Shown here: positions 61,897 through 64,000 of the stretch, piece after piece | How the letters are laid out: each line of letters starts with the position of its first letter | How positions within the stretch are numbered: position 1 is the stretch's first letter | Assembly (NCBI GenBank): GCA_963833985.1 | Contig: CAWIAD010000002.1 | Coordinates: 5,760,001-5,824,000 of the forward strand | Direction of reading: 5' to 3' | Length of the DNA: 64,000 nt | From: an uncultured Planctomycetaceae bacterium | GTDB taxonomy: Bacteria > Planctomycetota > Planctomycetia > Isosphaerales > Isosphaeraceae | Made by a program: the position numbers and the translations under genes | Notes under the pieces: generated by a model | Told to the model about the DNA's origin: nothing | Seen by the model: the letters and a program-made list of their open reading frames with translations, nothing else | Databases searched by the model: none

Positions 61897-61980
61897 GGGT
61901 GGTTGGGCCACCCACATATCCGGTTCCTACACACGCTTGCAACGAGCGACCCGCTGGTTTCGAGGCTAGTGCCAGCCACT
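61897..61980. repeat. REP-like element sharing GCCAGCCACT with 61529-61538
   Basis: GGGTGGTTGGGC ... GCCAGCCACT (61971-61980); adjacent CAGGGTGGT tandem duplication. Confidence 0.45.
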
Positions 61981-62073
61981 CTTGGAAACAATGGAAAAAG
62001 GATGGCCGCATCTGTCCCTCGTTTGCTGCGTATCAAGCGGCGTCGGCTCACGCTTTCAGCGATCTCTTTATTC

Positions 62074-62428
62074 TCACGCTACGTCACCATTGATCTTGGA
62101 TGTGCCATTCTTGATCTCGTCGCAGATGCGATCAAACCGCTCGAAATACTCGCCCTGGAGAGTCTCCATCGGCAACGAGAACGAGTCGTGCGTGAATCCG
62201 AGACCGAGTTCTCCGGCGAGGTGAGCTGCCTCTCGCTGGAAATCCGGGTAGACGTCACAAGCCGTTTCGAGATCACCTGCGTTGCGCATCCCGTAATCGG
62301 CGACCCACACGCAGTGGATCAGTCGCTCGAAGAGGCGACAGGGCACAGTCGCCGAGGGCAGTCCACTTCGCGATTACGATGTCGCCGGCTTCGATGATCC
62401 ACGTGTCATTGTTGGAAGGACTACTCAT
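62074..62428 (-). CDS. Small acidic hypothetical protein (candidate immunity protein); frameshift near 62330
   Basis: GAGG then ATG 62428 gives MSSPSNNDTWIIEAGDIVIAK..., joining FERLIHCVWVADYGMRNAGDLETA in ORF 62074..62346. Confidence 0.6.
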
Positions 62429-62686
62429 ACTTCATGACCTCGAGCTCAGTGGAGCTAGCCACGGCTGACCGATCTTGGGGGATTGTGTCACGATTTATCC
62501 ACCGCCGCCAGCTCGGGACCACCTCGATCGCCTGCCCTTGGCGCCGAGATCGCCTGCCGTCTGAGCCATCATGAAGGCGTATTCTCGCCGCTGGACCGAC
62601 ATCTTGAGAAGCCTCGGGGGTGCAGCGGAGCGAATCGCCTTTACGCGCACGGCGCGTCCCCGTGCGGTATTTCTTCCAGGCAACGG

Positions 62687-63898
62687 TCAGGCAAACTGAG
62701 GAATCTTGAGTCGTTCGCCGTCTTTCAGTGCCGACTGGTGGGCGACGATGCCGGGGACGGTCATGTTCAGCGCCAGGGTGATGTCGACCAGGGGTTGGCG
62801 GTCCTCGAGGATCGCTGTGACGAACTCGTTCATGAGGTGGCCGTGCGAGCCGCCGTGGCCCCCCGGATCGACCGAGGGAGGCAATGGTGGACGCTCCAGG
62901 TCGGGCAGCTTCTGCTCCTGGCCGGTATAGCTCATGCCCACCATGAACCCGCGCTGACCGTAGACGCGGCCCGACTCGTGGCCCGGCACGAACGTGTCCC
63001 AGCTCATGGCCATCCGCGCCGTGCCCCCCTCGCTGGTGCGCAGCAGCGCGATCTCGGTGCCAAAGGGGTTCTTGTAACGGTTGTTCTGCGGTTGCAGCTC
63101 CTTGATCAGGCTGGGCATGCCCAGGCACTCGACCGAGGTGAAGCGACCGCCGGTCACAGCCACGTAATACGCGGTGGCGTGGGTGGGGTACCACTGCGGA
63201 GGCAGACCGACGCGCCACTGCTTGTACGAGTCGATCTGCACCGGCGAATGATGCAGGTACTCGCCTTCAGTGTAGACGAGCTTGCCGAACCCGCCGGCCT
63301 TGTAGATCTGCCGCATGGCATGGCAATCGTCGTGGAAGGCCGATGTCTCGAACATCATGTACTTCCGGCCGCTCGACTTGACGGCCTGGTGCAGCGCCTC
63401 GGCGTCCTCCAGCGAGCCGAACACGGCCGGCACGGCAGAGGCGACGTGCTTGCCGTGCTTGAGCACCTCGATGCAGTGGCGAGCATGGCTGGGCGCATCG
63501 GTCGCGACGAAGACGGCTTCCAGCCGGTCGTCCTTCACCAGCTCCTCAAGTGAGGGGTACGTCCTCGTACACCGGCAGGCCTGCGCCAGTGCGGCACAGC
63601 GGTCGGGAAAGAGGTCGCTCACGGCGGCGACCTCGACGTTGGGATGGTCCTGGAAGCCGAACGCCGCGCCGAACTGGCACACGCCGTAGCCGACGATGCC
63701 CACGCGGATGCGCCGGTCACTGACGGGCTGCCAGGCCTGCCGCGGCCGGGTCGAGGTCTTCACGCCCGCGGCGCCCAGGGTCTTCACGTTGGGCGGCTGG
63801 GCCGCTGCCGCTCCTCCAGGCTCGTGGACAGCAACGGCCCCCAGCAAGCCCGCGCCCAGGTGTTTCAGGAGAGTCCGCCGCCCGGTGCTGTCGCTCAT
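62687..63898 (-). CDS. Tat-exported Gfo/Idh/MocA family oxidoreductase
   Basis: AAGGAG RBS; GRRTLLK twin-arginine signal; GIVGYG, VATDAPSH, GKHVASAVP, YPTH, GGHGGSH. Confidence 0.92.
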   Translation of the reverse strand: MSDSTGRRTLLKHLGAGLLGAVAVHEPGGAAAAQPPNVKTLGAAGVKTSTRPRQAWQPVSDRRIRVGIVGYGVCQFGAAFGFQDHPNVEVAAVSDLFPDRCAALAQACRCTRTYPSLEELVKDDRLEAVFVATDAPSHARHCIEVLKHGKHVASAVPAVFGSLEDAEALHQAVKSSGRKYMMFETSAFHDDCHAMRQIYKAGGFGKLVYTEGEYLHHSPVQIDSYKQWRVGLPPQWYPTHATAYYVAVTGGRFTSVECLGMPSLIKELQPQNNRYKNPFGTEIALLRTSEGGTARMAMSWDTFVPGHESGRVYGQRGFMVGMSYTGQEQKLPDLERPPLPPSVDPGGHGGSHGHLMNEFVTAILEDRQPLVDITLALNMTVPGIVAHQSALKDGERLKIPQFA

Positions 63899-64000
63899 GG
63901 CCGGCTCCTTCAGGATGTTGAACCGCAAACCATCGAACCGGTGAACGCCGCCGGTCACCCGGCTTCAGTCTGCCAGACTCGGATGGCCGGTTCCATCCAC

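Noticed and set aside
1..64000. tRNA, rRNA, riboswitch, transposase, prophage or known anti-phage defence genes
   Set aside because: None recognised by eye; tRNAscan, Rfam and DefenseFinder runs would be needed to exclude divergent cases.

Overview
A GC-rich bacterial chromosome segment, almost certainly Planctomycetota and probably Isosphaeraceae (inferred from DUF1559, DUF1501, PSD1/DUF1549-DUF1553, PVC-type heme dehydrogenase, ECF-sigma/kinase and ECF-extension genes). It holds about 40 protein-coding genes; I saw no rRNA, tRNA, CRISPR array, transposase or integrase. About a dozen otherwise intact genes are split by 1-nt indels, mostly in G/C runs, which looks like long-read consensus error; I reconstructed these by hand. 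Highlights: (i) a co-oriented lipoprotein / DUF1559 pilin-like / TPR-FG-GAP-ASPIC-UnbV / TPR-heptaheme cytochrome c module (11.8-18.3 kb), divergent from an ECF sigma + WD40 Ser/Thr kinase pair; (ii) two accessory zones (about 38-44 kb and 61.4-62.5 kb) where small genes, including an orphan Imm53 immunity gene, are each followed by degenerate GTAG/GGCTGG REP-like hairpins; (iii) a membrane-anchored ECF sigma whose C-terminal thioredoxin-fold domain lacks CxxC; (iv) an ABC permease-M1 aminopeptidase fusion within a metalloprotease-rich block; (v) a GH106-like rhamnosidase with an inserted SUEL-lectin-like module; (vi) a FitA/VapC toxin-antitoxin operon with a readable promoter and operator. 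All family assignments come from motif recognition by eye, not database searches.
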